The notes under the pieces are model-generated. The model was not told the DNA's origin. It searched no databases and was given only the letters and a program-made list of their open reading frames with translations. A stretch of 44,709 nt of DNA from positions 1 through 44,709 of IMG/VR virus record IMGVR_UViG_3300017716_001690; one strand, written 5' to 3'. Position numbers and translations under genes: made by a program. This document shows, piece by piece, positions 26,233-35,660 of the stretch; position 1 is the stretch's first letter, and every line of letters begins with the position of its first letter. The stretch is from a virus (Duplodnaviria > Caudoviricetes).

Positions 26233-28589
26233 TAGCCGTTATCCTGTTTCATGCGCCGTTTGATTTGACGTTCCGAATTGCGGAAGGCGTTCGGGTCTTT
26301 CGCTTCAATGTTGAAGATTTGCGTACCGCCGCCGCGCCCGCCGTCGCGCGTGATCGTGCCGGGCACGTCAGGCGTGAACGTCTCGCGCACGCCCGATCCG
26401 ATCGTGTACGACATGCCGGGGCGCGCGTCGCCGCCCTTGTCGCGCGTGCCACCGAAGAATGATCCGATACTTGACACGATCGACCCAAGGTCAAACCCGC
26501 CGCCCGGTGTGCCCGCCGTCAACGCCTGCGTTTGCGGGAACAGTCCCGAGAACAGGTTGTCAAAAAACGGCTTGATCACTTGAGCGCGCAAGGCGTCCTG
26601 AATCATTTGCATGATCGAGTCGCCAAGGTTGCCCGCGTTCATAGCCGCGTCGGTGAAAGCCGTCGACAAATCTTCAACGGTCTTCACTTGCAGCGCGCCC
26701 GCGTCGGTTTCAGCGAACGCGGCGGCTTTGGCTTTGGCGTACACGTTGGCGTCGATCGCGCCCAAGCGGAACGCATCGTTGATGCCTTGCATACGTTGCG
26801 CGTAAACGGCCATTGGGTCGAATTGCTGCGTCAGCGCCGCGCCGTAATCGCGTATGTTGTCGATACTGTCTTGCGCGGCTTTGGCTGAATCTTCCGCGAG
26901 TTGTTTATCGGCTTCGCGTTGTTCCGCAAGTTTCTTCCAGTTGTCCGCGAATGTGTTTTGCCGGATCGCGAGCGCGTCTTGCGCGGCGACGATCTTTTGA
27001 ATTTCCGGCGGGAGCGTCGACAGCGCGGCGCGGAAGCCGTCGACACTCGACAGCCCGGCGACGAACTCTTTCCCGATCACGGCTTGAACGGTCGACAAGT
27101 CATAGCCAAGCTTCACCGCTTGCGCGACTTCGGCTTTGTACGTCTTGAGTGCTTCGCCGATCGGATCGACCTTCGCGCGGAGCGACGCGAAGTCGTCTCC
27201 CGTCTTCTTCGTTTCGCCGCCAAGGTCGCCCATGGATTTGATTAGGTCGCTGATACCCTGATCAGCGTTTGCGGTCGCGTCACCGACGTTATTGATTTCG
27301 TCGGCAGTCTTCGCGCCTTCCATGGCAACGGCGTTGAATTGCGAAGCGAACTTCGCGTAATCGAGAACGGCTTGCGTGGAAAGGCGGTTGCCCTTCTTCA
27401 TTTCATCAAAGAAGTATTTCAGCGCGGCGCGTCCCGTCTCGCCACTATACCCGGCTTCCTTGAGCGCGTCGCCCATGTCGCGAATGGCTTTGCTATCGCC
27501 GCCAAGGTCCATGCTATCAATCAAGGAACCGATCGCGGACCCTAGACCGTACGAAGCCGCCGCGAGCGCGGCGAAGCGAAGCGTTGCCCCGGCGACTTGA
27601 CCGGCCATTGTGCCCGCCGACTTACCGACACCAAGGAACGAAAAGCCTAGCTTGCTGAACGCGACGGACGCGAGCCCGACAACCTTGACCAAGTTCCCGA
27701 CGATAAACACGGCGGGTCCAACAGCCGCCACGAACGCGGCGGTAACGCCGATGACGGCGCGCGTTTCCTTGCTCAACCCGTTGAAGAATCTTATAACGTC
27801 GCGAAGTCCGCCTAGTAGTTGGTTGAAGATCGGGAGCAAGTCTTGCCCGACCGTCACCAACAGTTCGTCAAACTCTTCGCGTGTGCGCCGGGTGTCTTCT
27901 TCCGCCTCGCCTTGTGAGCGCGCGATTTCGCCGGTTTGTTTCGCGAACCCGGCTTGAATGATCGACGCGCGCGCGAGCACCTTTTGCTGATTCGTCAACT
28001 CGACGTTCGCTTTCGCGATGCCAAGTCGCATTGCTTCCTGTTGCAACGCGCCGTCGCTGATATCAATGCCGAGACGCTTCAACGCCTTGCCCGCGCCAGC
28101 AAGTCCGCCGCTCAACACTTGGAACGCTTGGTCCGACGTGACGTTCGCAAACGACGCGTAGTCTTCCGACAGTTCCGTGAAGCGTTGCGAGAGTTCGGCG
28201 GCGGCTTGCTCCGTCGGCGCGATATCTTCGAACAACTGTTGAAAGCCGATCGCGGTTTTCTGAATCGTTTGTGTCGATCGACCAAGCGCGTTGCCGGTCT
28301 TCTCTGCCCACATGGTCGCGTCGTCCGCCATGGTTCCGAATGCGATGTTGAACGCGCCTTGCAGGTCTTGCGCTTCGGCGGCGGCGCGGATCGACAGCCC
28401 GGCAAACGCAGCGATCGGGGCAGTTAGGCCGATCGTCAGTTTTTGACCGGCGCTGATTATGTTTTTCGACGTGCGTTCGGTGTTCTTTGCGAAGCGGTTC
28501 AACCGGCCTTCGGCTTTGTCGAGTCCGCTAACCCATTGCGCAAGGTTGGCGAATAGGTCAATTCGTACCGCGCCAACCGCTTCCGCCAT
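26232..28589 (-). CDS. tape measure protein
   Basis: 785-aa Ala-rich helical protein with central hydrophobic segments, downstream of the tail chaperones. Confidence 0.9.
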   Translation of the reverse strand: MAEAVGAVRIDLFANLAQWVSGLDKAEGRLNRFAKNTERTSKNIISAGQKLTIGLTAPIAAFAGLSIRAAAEAQDLQGAFNIAFGTMADDATMWAEKTGNALGRSTQTIQKTAIGFQQLFEDIAPTEQAAAELSQRFTELSEDYASFANVTSDQAFQVLSGGLAGAGKALKRLGIDISDGALQQEAMRLGIAKANVELTNQQKVLARASIIQAGFAKQTGEIARSQGEAEEDTRRTREEFDELLVTVGQDLLPIFNQLLGGLRDVIRFFNGLSKETRAVIGVTAAFVAAVGPAVFIVGNLVKVVGLASVAFSKLGFSFLGVGKSAGTMAGQVAGATLRFAALAAASYGLGSAIGSLIDSMDLGGDSKAIRDMGDALKEAGYSGETGRAALKYFFDEMKKGNRLSTQAVLDYAKFASQFNAVAMEGAKTADEINNVGDATANADQGISDLIKSMGDLGGETKKTGDDFASLRAKVDPIGEALKTYKAEVAQAVKLGYDLSTVQAVIGKEFVAGLSSVDGFRAALSTLPPEIQKIVAAQDALAIRQNTFADNWKKLAEQREADKQLAEDSAKAAQDSIDNIRDYGAALTQQFDPMAVYAQRMQGINDAFRLGAIDANVYAKAKAAAFAETDAGALQVKTVEDLSTAFTDAAMNAGNLGDSIMQMIQDALRAQVIKPFFDNLFSGLFPQTQALTAGTPGGGFDLGSIVSSIGSFFGGTRDKGGDARPGMSYTIGSGVRETFTPDVPGTITRDGGRGGGTQIFNIEAKDPNAFRNSERQIKRRMKQDNG

Positions 28590-28593
28590 GGTG

Positions 28594-28956
28594 TCACTTC
28601 TCTTTCTTCCTGCGTCGCACCACGGGCGGCGGATCGCTTTTCTTCTTCAATGACGCATTCCGGGCGTTCGCAAGGGCGCGCATCCGGGCGGCGTTTTGTT
28701 GCGCGCGTTGCTTACGTGTGAGCGGCGGCGCGGGGTAGAACTTCGACGGGTGTTCAGGGAACTTCTTCGGGTCCGTCTTGTTCAGCATGGCGATAAGCCA
28801 AGCGTGGTCAATCTCTCTTTTCAGTTCGGTAAGTTCCGCCGCGCGCGCGCCGTCGATATAGATCGACAATTCGCGAAGCGACAACGCGTACGCTTCGGCA
28901 GGTTTCAAACCCCATTCAGCGGCAAGCCGAAGTGTTGCCGCTACCGAGGCTTTCCC
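28594..28956 (-). CDS. tail assembly chaperone, frameshifted C-terminal part (gpT-like)
   Basis: The -1 frame is open from GGGAAAG (28956-28950) through 28594. Confidence 0.7.
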   Translation of the reverse strand, partial: GKASVAATLRLAAEWGLKPAEAYALSLRELSIYIDGARAAELTELKREIDHAWLIAMLNKTDPKKFPEHPSKFYPAPPLTRKQRAQQNAARMRALANARNASLKKKSDPPPVVRRRKKEK

Positions 28957-29303
28957 GGTTGTTCGGTTCCTTCCGTTTCGTCGCCGTCCGTCTTCTTCGC
29001 TTCCGGCATACCGGCGGCGGTGACTTCGGCGACAAGTTCCAGCAGCTTCATGAACGACGAACCGTCGTCAAAAGGCATGAGCGAGCGTATCGCCTTACCG
29101 TTCACGGACCCTTGCGGCTGAACGAATGCGGCGAAGATCGCCGACGCGTCCATAAGCCGGGGCGTTTTCTTTTCCATGCGGTTCAACACCACACCGTAAG
29201 AAACGCCTAGCTCGTCTTCAACTTGTGCCCACGCTTCGGTCGAAGCTTTAAGCACGAAGTCAACACCGCAGAAAGTCCGCTTGAGAGTTGATACGCTCGC
29301 CAT
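28941..29303 (-). CDS. tail assembly chaperone (gpG-like)
   Basis: Lies between the tail tube and TMP genes; ends in the slippery site. Confidence 0.75.
   Translation of the reverse strand: MASVSTLKRTFCGVDFVLKASTEAWAQVEDELGVSYGVVLNRMEKKTPRLMDASAIFAAFVQPQGSVNGKAIRSLMPFDDGSSFMKLLELVAEVTAAGMPEAKKTDGDETEGTEQPGKPR
28950..28956 (-). other. programmed -1 ribosomal frameshift site G-GGA-AAG
   Basis: Same heptamer as the lambda G/GT slippery site, two codons before the gpG-like stop. Confidence 0.75.
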
Positions 29304-29336
29304 GTCTTTAGTTCCCTTCGTTCAGTTGATCAGCGA

Positions 29337-29783
29337 TTACGCCGGAAGCGCATCGTTATAGATTGGGCCGGTCATGCGGAGCGTGATCTTGCGCGTCATC
29401 TTGTCGGCAAGCGGACGCGTGACCGAGTGTTTCGACACGAACGCTTGAACGTATTGGACGACAGCGGGAGACGATTGCGTCTCGCGCCAGCGCCACCAAC
29501 GCGGGAGCACTTCGGACAACATGCCTTGAATGGCCTCTTGCGCCGTGTCGGTCGGAAGGTAGTTCATTTCGAACTCGACTTCTTCGACGTCGACCAAGCC
29601 GCCGATATACTCGCGGCGTTTCTGTTCGCTGTTTTGGTTGGTCGTTTCCACGAACTCGCGGGTTTCGCTGATTTCGGGGAAGTCGCCAACCTGATTCACT
29701 TCGGTGAAGGCGACCGGCGAAGCGCCGAGCACCGACTCATATGCGAGCAAGGTACCAATACCAAGCCTAGCGCCAGTCGTCAT
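29337..29783 (-). CDS. major tail tube protein
   Basis: GIGTLL, VETTNQNS..REYIGGL, FEMNYLP, ITLRMTG; AAGGA RBS. Confidence 0.85.
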   Translation of the reverse strand: MTTGARLGIGTLLAYESVLGASPVAFTEVNQVGDFPEISETREFVETTNQNSEQKRREYIGGLVDVEEVEFEMNYLPTDTAQEAIQGMLSEVLPRWWRWRETQSSPAVVQYVQAFVSKHSVTRPLADKMTRKITLRMTGPIYNDALPA

Positions 29784-29844
29784 TTTCGTTTTTCCTTTAG
29801 TCCGGGTTGCGGTTGACTATCGTTAGGTTTGCGTGCGTGCGGCG

Positions 29845-30252
29845 TCAACCGTGATCCGCAGTTACGATCCAATCAAGAACGCGGCGGAATTGCCGTGGTC
29901 CCGGTGCGTCGAGTTCAGGAACGCCGAACAATTGGTCATTGTCCAAGAACGCGGCTTGAATATAAACGCTCGCAATCGTGCGCCCGATCTTGCCCGACAT
30001 GCCAGCAATCAACAGGTCGCGCACGGCTTCGGTTGCTTCGTTCGTGAGCGCGTACACGTCGACTTGGTATCGAAACGTCGTCACGCCGTCCGGTCCGTTT
30101 TGCGTGTATTCACGCGGAGCGGTGACGAGACGGTACACGACTTGCGCCAACGTCGGGTGTTGCGGCGAATACGCCGGGTACACGCGGTCGCCGATCGTCG
30201 CGGGCGATCCGTCGCACGAAGTGATCAGTTGTCGGAATGCTGCGTCCATCAC
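29845..30252 (-). CDS. tail terminator (DUF3168-like)
   Basis: IGDRVYP, VVYRLV, RYQVDVYA motifs and gene order. Confidence 0.8.
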   Translation of the reverse strand: MMDAAFRQLITSCDGSPATIGDRVYPAYSPQHPTLAQVVYRLVTAPREYTQNGPDGVTTFRYQVDVYALTNEATEAVRDLLIAGMSGKIGRTIASVYIQAAFLDNDQLFGVPELDAPGPRQFRRVLDWIVTADHG

Positions 30253-30761
30253 TTCGCCTTTAGCTTTCTCTTGCGGAAACGCGCAAGCGCCTTTTCAACT
30301 TTGAACAGGATCGACGCCGACACGAACTTAATATACACGTCCTTTTGCGTATCGAACGCCGGGCGCATGAACGGTTGAGGGTCGGCGATCCCAAGGTACT
30401 TGCCGGTCTTTGTGTAGCGCGGTCCGGTTCCCCATTCGACCAAGTGCGCGTGCGGCGCGTATCCCTTCTTCGCCGCGTCCGTGCGCGAGTAGTTCGGACC
30501 GACGAACGCGCGGGTTTCTTCCTTGCCCGGCTTGCGCGATCCCCGCGCCTGTTCCTTCACGATCCGCCACGTACGCACCATCGAGTCGCGCAAGCGCCCG
30601 TCACGCACCGGCACACGCGACACGGCGTCGTCGGCGAACACGTCGGCGGCGTCGATCATAGCGTCACGCACGGCGCGCTTAGAGACGGACGGCGGCAACT
30701 CTTGCAGCAGCTTTCGAACGTCCCTCAGCCCTTCCAGCTTGGCGCTAAATCCAGACGTCAC
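30249..30761 (-). CDS. HK97 gp10-like tail completion protein
   Basis: LEGL, PVRDGRLRDS, AHLVEWGT, PQPFMRPAFD. Confidence 0.85.
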   Translation of the reverse strand: MTSGFSAKLEGLRDVRKLLQELPPSVSKRAVRDAMIDAADVFADDAVSRVPVRDGRLRDSMVRTWRIVKEQARGSRKPGKEETRAFVGPNYSRTDAAKKGYAPHAHLVEWGTGPRYTKTGKYLGIADPQPFMRPAFDTQKDVYIKFVSASILFKVEKALARFRKRKLKAK

Positions 30762-31108
30762 GGTTGCCCCTCTTCCGCGCGCCCGACGGTCGGCAAGTGT
30801 GCCTCGACCTTGCGTCCGATTTCGACCACGCCGAGCAATTCGTACACGCGGTTCCGATACACGATACGGTGCGTGCGCGGCGACATGCTCGGCGTAATCG
30901 CTTCGTTCCAGCGGACGCGGAACAACGTGTCAACCGTGGCGTACCGTTGCGACGCAACGAACCGTTCCATTGCGGATTGTGATTCGATCGCGGCTTTCAG
31001 CGTGTACGCCTGCGTCCAAGTCTCGACCGGTTGACCGTCGCCGTTTTGCGTCGTCGTCACCGTCTCGATACTGATTACCCGATCAAATGCCCCGGCGCGC
31101 GTTGTCAT
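30758..31108 (-). CDS. head closure protein (SPP1 gp16-like)
   Basis: AGAFDRVISIE, DGQPVETW, FRVRW, RIVY motifs. Confidence 0.8.
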   Translation of the reverse strand: MTTRAGAFDRVISIETVTTTQNGDGQPVETWTQAYTLKAAIESQSAMERFVASQRYATVDTLFRVRWNEAITPSMSPRTHRIVYRNRVYELLGVVEIGRKVEAHLPTVGRAEEGQP

Positions 31109-31746
31109 GTGTTGTCATACTGCCGAATGTTTGTAAGCGAGTTCAAGATGCGTTCAAGCACCTGCCCGCGAAGAATGGCGCTGTTGTCGTACACGCCGCG
31201 CGTGTCGTACGTTTCGGTCAGCACGGCGCGTATAACGTTCTTGACTTGCTCCGGTACGTTGACCGTTTCAGGCGACCCGGTGACATAGCCGCAACGGTAC
31301 GTGATCAGTACCGAGTCACGATCAAGGCGCGCGACCGGCCACGATCCGTTATAGACGACTTCAAGCGTTGCGCGCGCGTCGTGCGTGTCACCTTGAAAGA
31401 TTCGGTAGTCGGTACCTTCGACCATCGTTTGCGTCGCGCCGTCCGCGTCGGTGTACGTGAACGACACGATTTCGATAAACGGCGGGAACGGTAATTTGAT
31501 TCCGCAATCATCCGGCGGGAAGGCGTCAAGACCGACGCGCCACGTTTGCGGCGCGAGCGCGCGACCAAGCCAACCGGTCCCGGCGTCAAGGTCCGCCACG
31601 ATCGCGGCAATTTCGGCGGTAATAAGCGCGTCGTCCGGGTGCGACGGCGGCGACCCGACGGCGTCAAGGCGAAGTTGCAAGTACGCATCCGACAGCGACA
31701 AAACCGTGTCGGTCGGCGCGACGGTGCGGCGAATAGTGCGTGTCAT
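31105..31746 (-). CDS. head-tail adaptor (HK97 gp6-like)
   Basis: VLSLSDAYLQLRLD, DDALI, GRALAPQTW, LPFPP, VLITYRCGY, VPEQVK. Confidence 0.85.
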   Translation of the reverse strand: MTRTIRRTVAPTDTVLSLSDAYLQLRLDAVGSPPSHPDDALITAEIAAIVADLDAGTGWLGRALAPQTWRVGLDAFPPDDCGIKLPFPPFIEIVSFTYTDADGATQTMVEGTDYRIFQGDTHDARATLEVVYNGSWPVARLDRDSVLITYRCGYVTGSPETVNVPEQVKNVIRAVLTETYDTRGVYDNSAILRGQVLERILNSLTNIRQYDNT

Positions 31747-32501
31747 TTGTAATTCTCCGCGACCCATGGGACGAACGGCGCGACGCGGTACGGTTCGTCA
31801 ATTCCATGGAAATTTACACACCGCGCCCCGGCGGGCAAGTCCGATACACAGTCGACGTCGGGACGGAACGGTATATGCGCCTCACCGCGTGGCGTTTGGC
31901 GTATGTGCACCCGCCACGACACCGCGCCGTCGGACACGCGCCAGCGCGGCATGTTCGGCCCAAGGTGCAAGGCGAGTTGCGCTTGATCGCTTCCGAAGAA
32001 ACGCGACTTGCGCGCGAGTTCAATGCACGCGGCGGGGTCGGCTTTGAACCGCTCCCACACGTCATGAACGCCGGGCGCGATCAATTGCATAGCGCCGTTG
32101 TACGGCGACGTCGGGTTTAGGTTATCCGCCCATAGCACCCCTTCCGGTTCCGGGCGATCCCATAGCGGGCGCACGTCCGACACTAGCACCATGTCTAAGT
32201 CAATTTGCAGGATGCGCGGGCCGAACCATTGCCGCGCTTCGTGACTGTAGAGTTTCAGGCGACGGAAGCATGACGGGTTATTCCCGCCGTGCGGCGACGG
32301 CATATCGCGAAAGTCATCCCACAACGGAACCACGCGCACGCGGGTTTGATCAATCCCGGTCGCGTCGTCGGTAACGCACGTGAAGCGGTACGGCGCGTCG
32401 TAATGGCGGCGCGTCATGCGCTCCATAATGTTGACGTGCTCGCCAGTGTAGGTCGACCGATAACCCGGCTTCGACCATTTGAACGTGACGACGTCTAGCA
32501 T
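31743..32501 (-). CDS. putative glycosyltransferase (GT-A fold)
   Basis: VVTFKW..Y..EHVN, FTCVTDD, RLKLY, ILQIDLDMVL (DxD), YNGAM, GSDQ, VNFHG..EPY. Confidence 0.75.
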   Translation of the reverse strand: MLDVVTFKWSKPGYRSTYTGEHVNIMERMTRRHYDAPYRFTCVTDDATGIDQTRVRVVPLWDDFRDMPSPHGGNNPSCFRRLKLYSHEARQWFGPRILQIDLDMVLVSDVRPLWDRPEPEGVLWADNLNPTSPYNGAMQLIAPGVHDVWERFKADPAACIELARKSRFFGSDQAQLALHLGPNMPRWRVSDGAVSWRVHIRQTPRGEAHIPFRPDVDCVSDLPAGARCVNFHGIDEPYRVAPFVPWVAENYK

Positions 32502-33139
32502 TTGAACACCGGGTTTTCCGTTTTCACGTCGCCGATATGCGACGTGATGTTTCCTCGATACAGCGTCGGGCGGCGCGTGTGAATGTGTGAGAGCGCGCGC
32601 GAGACGTCTTTAAGCGACTTCGCTTTGTTGATTGCGTCGACCAACAGCGGCGCGCGAGTGATCGACGGTTGCGCGCCCCAATGACAAAACGCATATTCCC
32701 AACCGGGCGCGTCGCAACACCGCCAGTTAATAGGCGTTTTCGTTTCCATGTGGTGACGCCCGGTCGGATACTTCCCGTGCGTGTCTTTGAACTCACCGTA
32801 TAGGCGGACGCAATCGCAATTCGAAATCAACGCATCGTGCGGCAAAGGCGCGACACTTACGCAATCGTTTTCAAGGTGCAGGATATGCGTTGCACCAAGC
32901 GCGGCGGCTTCGGACCACATGAACCGAAGCGCGGGCATGACGCCCCGGCGTTCACTCGACGCGTACACCGTTTCGAATCCGACGGCGCTTGCCATTAGAC
33001 GATTCAACGGGTCTTTGCTCCCGTCGTCCGCATGAAGCAAAATCATTCCGTCCGTTTCGTTCTTTTCAACGAACGTCGTTAGAGTTCGGTTCGTGTATTT
33101 CGGGCGATCGGACGTCAGCAGGCAAACGGCTAGCTTCAC
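32495..33139 (-). CDS. putative glycosyltransferase (GT2-like)
   Basis: LAVCLLTSDRP, HADDGSKD, ILHLEND, ITSHIG. Confidence 0.7.
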   Translation of the reverse strand: MKLAVCLLTSDRPKYTNRTLTTFVEKNETDGMILLHADDGSKDPLNRLMASAVGFETVYASSERRGVMPALRFMWSEAAALGATHILHLENDCVSVAPLPHDALISNCDCVRLYGEFKDTHGKYPTGRHHMETKTPINWRCCDAPGWEYAFCHWGAQPSITRAPLLVDAINKAKSLKDVSRALSHIHTRRPTLYRGNITSHIGDVKTENPVFKC

Positions 33140-33867
33140 GGGTAAACCCTCACATGGTCGACAACTTCGCCGGGTTGCCAGTACGTCCCGGCTTCGCGGA
33201 ATTGACGACGCATCGCACCAACGGCGGCGCGGTCAACGTCCGACTTCCGCCCGAACTCTTCCGGCATGGAAGCGTCGGCGATATCTTCGCGCCCGTAGCG
33301 TGTGAGCGTGATTGGCAACCGCACGACTTCGGCGGCGTGGTTCGTGACGCGATCCTGAAACGCGGCGTTTTGCCCGTAGTGACCACGATACCGAGTATCA
33401 TACCCGCCGATGATATCCCACATGCGGCGGCTGATCAGCCATGAATCGGGATGCGACTTCTTCGCGGACCCGTCAACGTTCTCGCGTTCGAAGGTGTAGA
33501 CAACGTCATACTTCAACTCGCCTTTGTGGCGGAGCGTGAACAGACGTTGCCAGCCGCGCGCGTGCATCACGTGGTCAATGTCCGTGACCAACAGCCATTC
33601 GCCCCGCGCGTGCGACGCGGCGACGTTCGTTGCGCAACGGTGCGACCAACGAATGTGCGGCGGCGGAATTCGGAACAGCGACATACGCGTACACAGTCCG
33701 ACCGGCGGCGCGATCGGAACGCGCGACGCGTCGTCGCATATCACGTACTCGATACGGTCGGCTTGCCCAACCGGAATGTTCCACGTCTCGCGCACGTGCG
33801 CGCGTAGCATGGTCGGCGCGTTGTGGTATGGCATGACAACGCTAAACACCGGATCGGTCAAAGTCAT
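33136..33867 (-). CDS. glycosyltransferase family 2
   Basis: FSVVMPYHN, VICDDAS, ATNVAA..ARGEWLLVTDID (DxD), IGGYDTRY. Confidence 0.85.
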   Translation of the reverse strand: MTLTDPVFSVVMPYHNAPTMLRAHVRETWNIPVGQADRIEYVICDDASRVPIAPPVGLCTRMSLFRIPPPHIRWSHRCATNVAASHARGEWLLVTDIDHVMHARGWQRLFTLRHKGELKYDVVYTFERENVDGSAKKSHPDSWLISRRMWDIIGGYDTRYRGHYGQNAAFQDRVTNHAAEVVRLPITLTRYGREDIADASMPEEFGRKSDVDRAAVGAMRRQFREAGTYWQPGEVVDHVRVYP

Positions 33868-34475
33868 TTCGTCGGTCTTCCATACGGGAACTCGCGGATA
33901 CGGCTTCGCGGGTTCGTGTTGAATACGCCAATCCCGGCGGCGCGGAATTGCAACGCGGCGGCGTGCATTTCTTCACGCCATGCGCCGAACTTCGCTTCGC
34001 TGTTGACGCACCCTTGACCCGCCCATGGGTACGGGCCGAAGAAGTGTTCGGGTTCGTCCATATCGAAGCCGTACAGATACACCCGGCGCGGCTTCATGTT
34101 GAACGCAAAGTTTAGCGCGACGTAACCGCTATTCGTTCCGTTCAAGATCATGTCGCCCGTGTTCGGTTCGGGCGTCGTCGCAAAGCGTGTCGACTTGTTG
34201 TCGCAGGCGTACACGTTGACGCCTTCCCAATGTTTCGCGCCCGCGTCGATCGCGTGTTGCCACGCACTACCGCGAACGACAAACGGTCGACCCTGCAACT
34301 TGGGCCATTCTTCGCGAGCGAATCGACCGTCCATCGTCAAGGCGACGTCGTGGCGCACGTAACGAAACGCGCCGTTGACAGCCACAACCATTCCCGGCGC
34401 GGACGCTGCACCGCACTTGAGCGCGGACGGACCGCACGCAACAATCGACACAACGTCCGGGCGCGGGAACTTCAT
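33864..34475 (-). CDS. Maf/DUF115 (CstII-like) putative glycosyltransferase
   Basis: VSIVACGPS, VVAVN, LTMD, NSGYVALNFA, VYLYGFDM..HFFG. Confidence 0.65.
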   Translation of the reverse strand: MKFPRPDVVSIVACGPSALKCGAASAPGMVVAVNGAFRYVRHDVALTMDGRFAREEWPKLQGRPFVVRGSAWQHAIDAGAKHWEGVNVYACDNKSTRFATTPEPNTGDMILNGTNSGYVALNFAFNMKPRRVYLYGFDMDEPEHFFGPYPWAGQGCVNSEAKFGAWREEMHAAALQFRAAGIGVFNTNPRSRIREFPYGRPTK

Positions 34476-34478
34476 GAC

Positions 34479-35660
34479 CTAGTCCTTACGGCATTTGACG
34501 ACGCACTTTTTCCATTCGTCTTTGACGACTTTCACTTTCGGCCAACCGGCGGCGCGGAGGAATTCGCACCACTGTTCCGTCGTGTAAAGCGAAACGTGCG
34601 CGTTGCGCCCGTCGGCTAGAACCTTCTTCGCCGGTTGCTTCGCGATCACGAAGTATCCCGCGCGCCGCGCTTTCAGGTACACGTGCCGAAGTACGTTCGG
34701 AATCAATTCCGGTTCGATGTGTTCGAAAACGTCGGTCGACACGACAAGGTCGGCGATCTTCGGGTCAACCGAAATTTCCGGCACGCCGGGGTCATACTCT
34801 TTCGGTTTCAGCCCGGCGGCGGCAAGCACCGGGGCAAGCGTCCGTCCGCCCGCGCCGTAATCGAGCACGTCGACCGTGCCGAGTTCTTTTGCAAACTCGA
34901 CAATCGGTTGCGCCCATGACGCGCCGCCGCGACCCCAGTTTGTTTCACGGTGCGCCTTGCGGATCAACTCGCGATATGCGGGCGACGTCAAATCGTTTTC
35001 GTTGAACGCGAACGCGCCTTGGTTTTCTTCCGTCATGAATTGTCCAATCAATCCCAAATCGAGCGCATGAATTCCCCGGAATGCGAGGCGTGCCGCGAGC
35101 GCCGTTCCCGCTGCACCTAGTGAAATGATAACCGTACGATTGCGGTTGCGAGTTGAGCACTCCGTTTCGATCCGGTCAATATGGTCGTACGCGTCTTGCA
35201 AAGGTGCGGCCACGATTTGCAGGGACGCAACGCCCGACTTGTGCATGACGTTTGCCAGCGTCGCGGACCCGCCGACGTACAGCACGTCACGCCCGCGCCA
35301 GATTGAGCGAACCAAATCCCAATAATCGGGCGTGTCGATCCATGGCGCGTTGTCCGGGCGCGAGACAAACGCGGACCCATACACGGGCGCGCGCATGAGC
35401 GAGACGAACGGCGGCGTTGCGTACTTGTCCCAATACGCGGCACGTGGTCCGACCCGGTGCGGAATGCACGGGAGCACTTCGCGCACGCGACCCGCGAGAA
35501 TGTGCAACAATTCCATGCGCAACTTTGGGTCGGCGCGTTGCGAGACGGATTTACCGCCGCGACAGATTTGCAATTCCCCGTCGCCGAAGCGCGCGATTGA
35601 TCGCCCGGCGGCGGCGTACTCCATCGTCGTCCGTTCGGTCAAGGCGTCAGGGAAGCGCAT
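34479..35660 (-). CDS. GT-D fold (DUF1792-like) glycosyltransferase fused to class I SAM-dependent methyltransferase
   Basis: N-terminal SIARFGDGE, FVSRP, IISLGAAGTALA, ALDLG; C-terminal VLDYGAG, YDPG, DLVVSTDVFEHI. Confidence 0.8.
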   Translation of the reverse strand: MRFPDALTERTTMEYAAAGRSIARFGDGELQICRGGKSVSQRADPKLRMELLHILAGRVREVLPCIPHRVGPRAAYWDKYATPPFVSLMRAPVYGSAFVSRPDNAPWIDTPDYWDLVRSIWRGRDVLYVGGSATLANVMHKSGVASLQIVAAPLQDAYDHIDRIETECSTRNRNRTVIISLGAAGTALAARLAFRGIHALDLGLIGQFMTEENQGAFAFNENDLTSPAYRELIRKAHRETNWGRGGASWAQPIVEFAKELGTVDVLDYGAGGRTLAPVLAAAGLKPKEYDPGVPEISVDPKIADLVVSTDVFEHIEPELIPNVLRHVYLKARRAGYFVIAKQPAKKVLADGRNAHVSLYTTEQWCEFLRAAGWPKVKVVKDEWKKCVVKCRKD

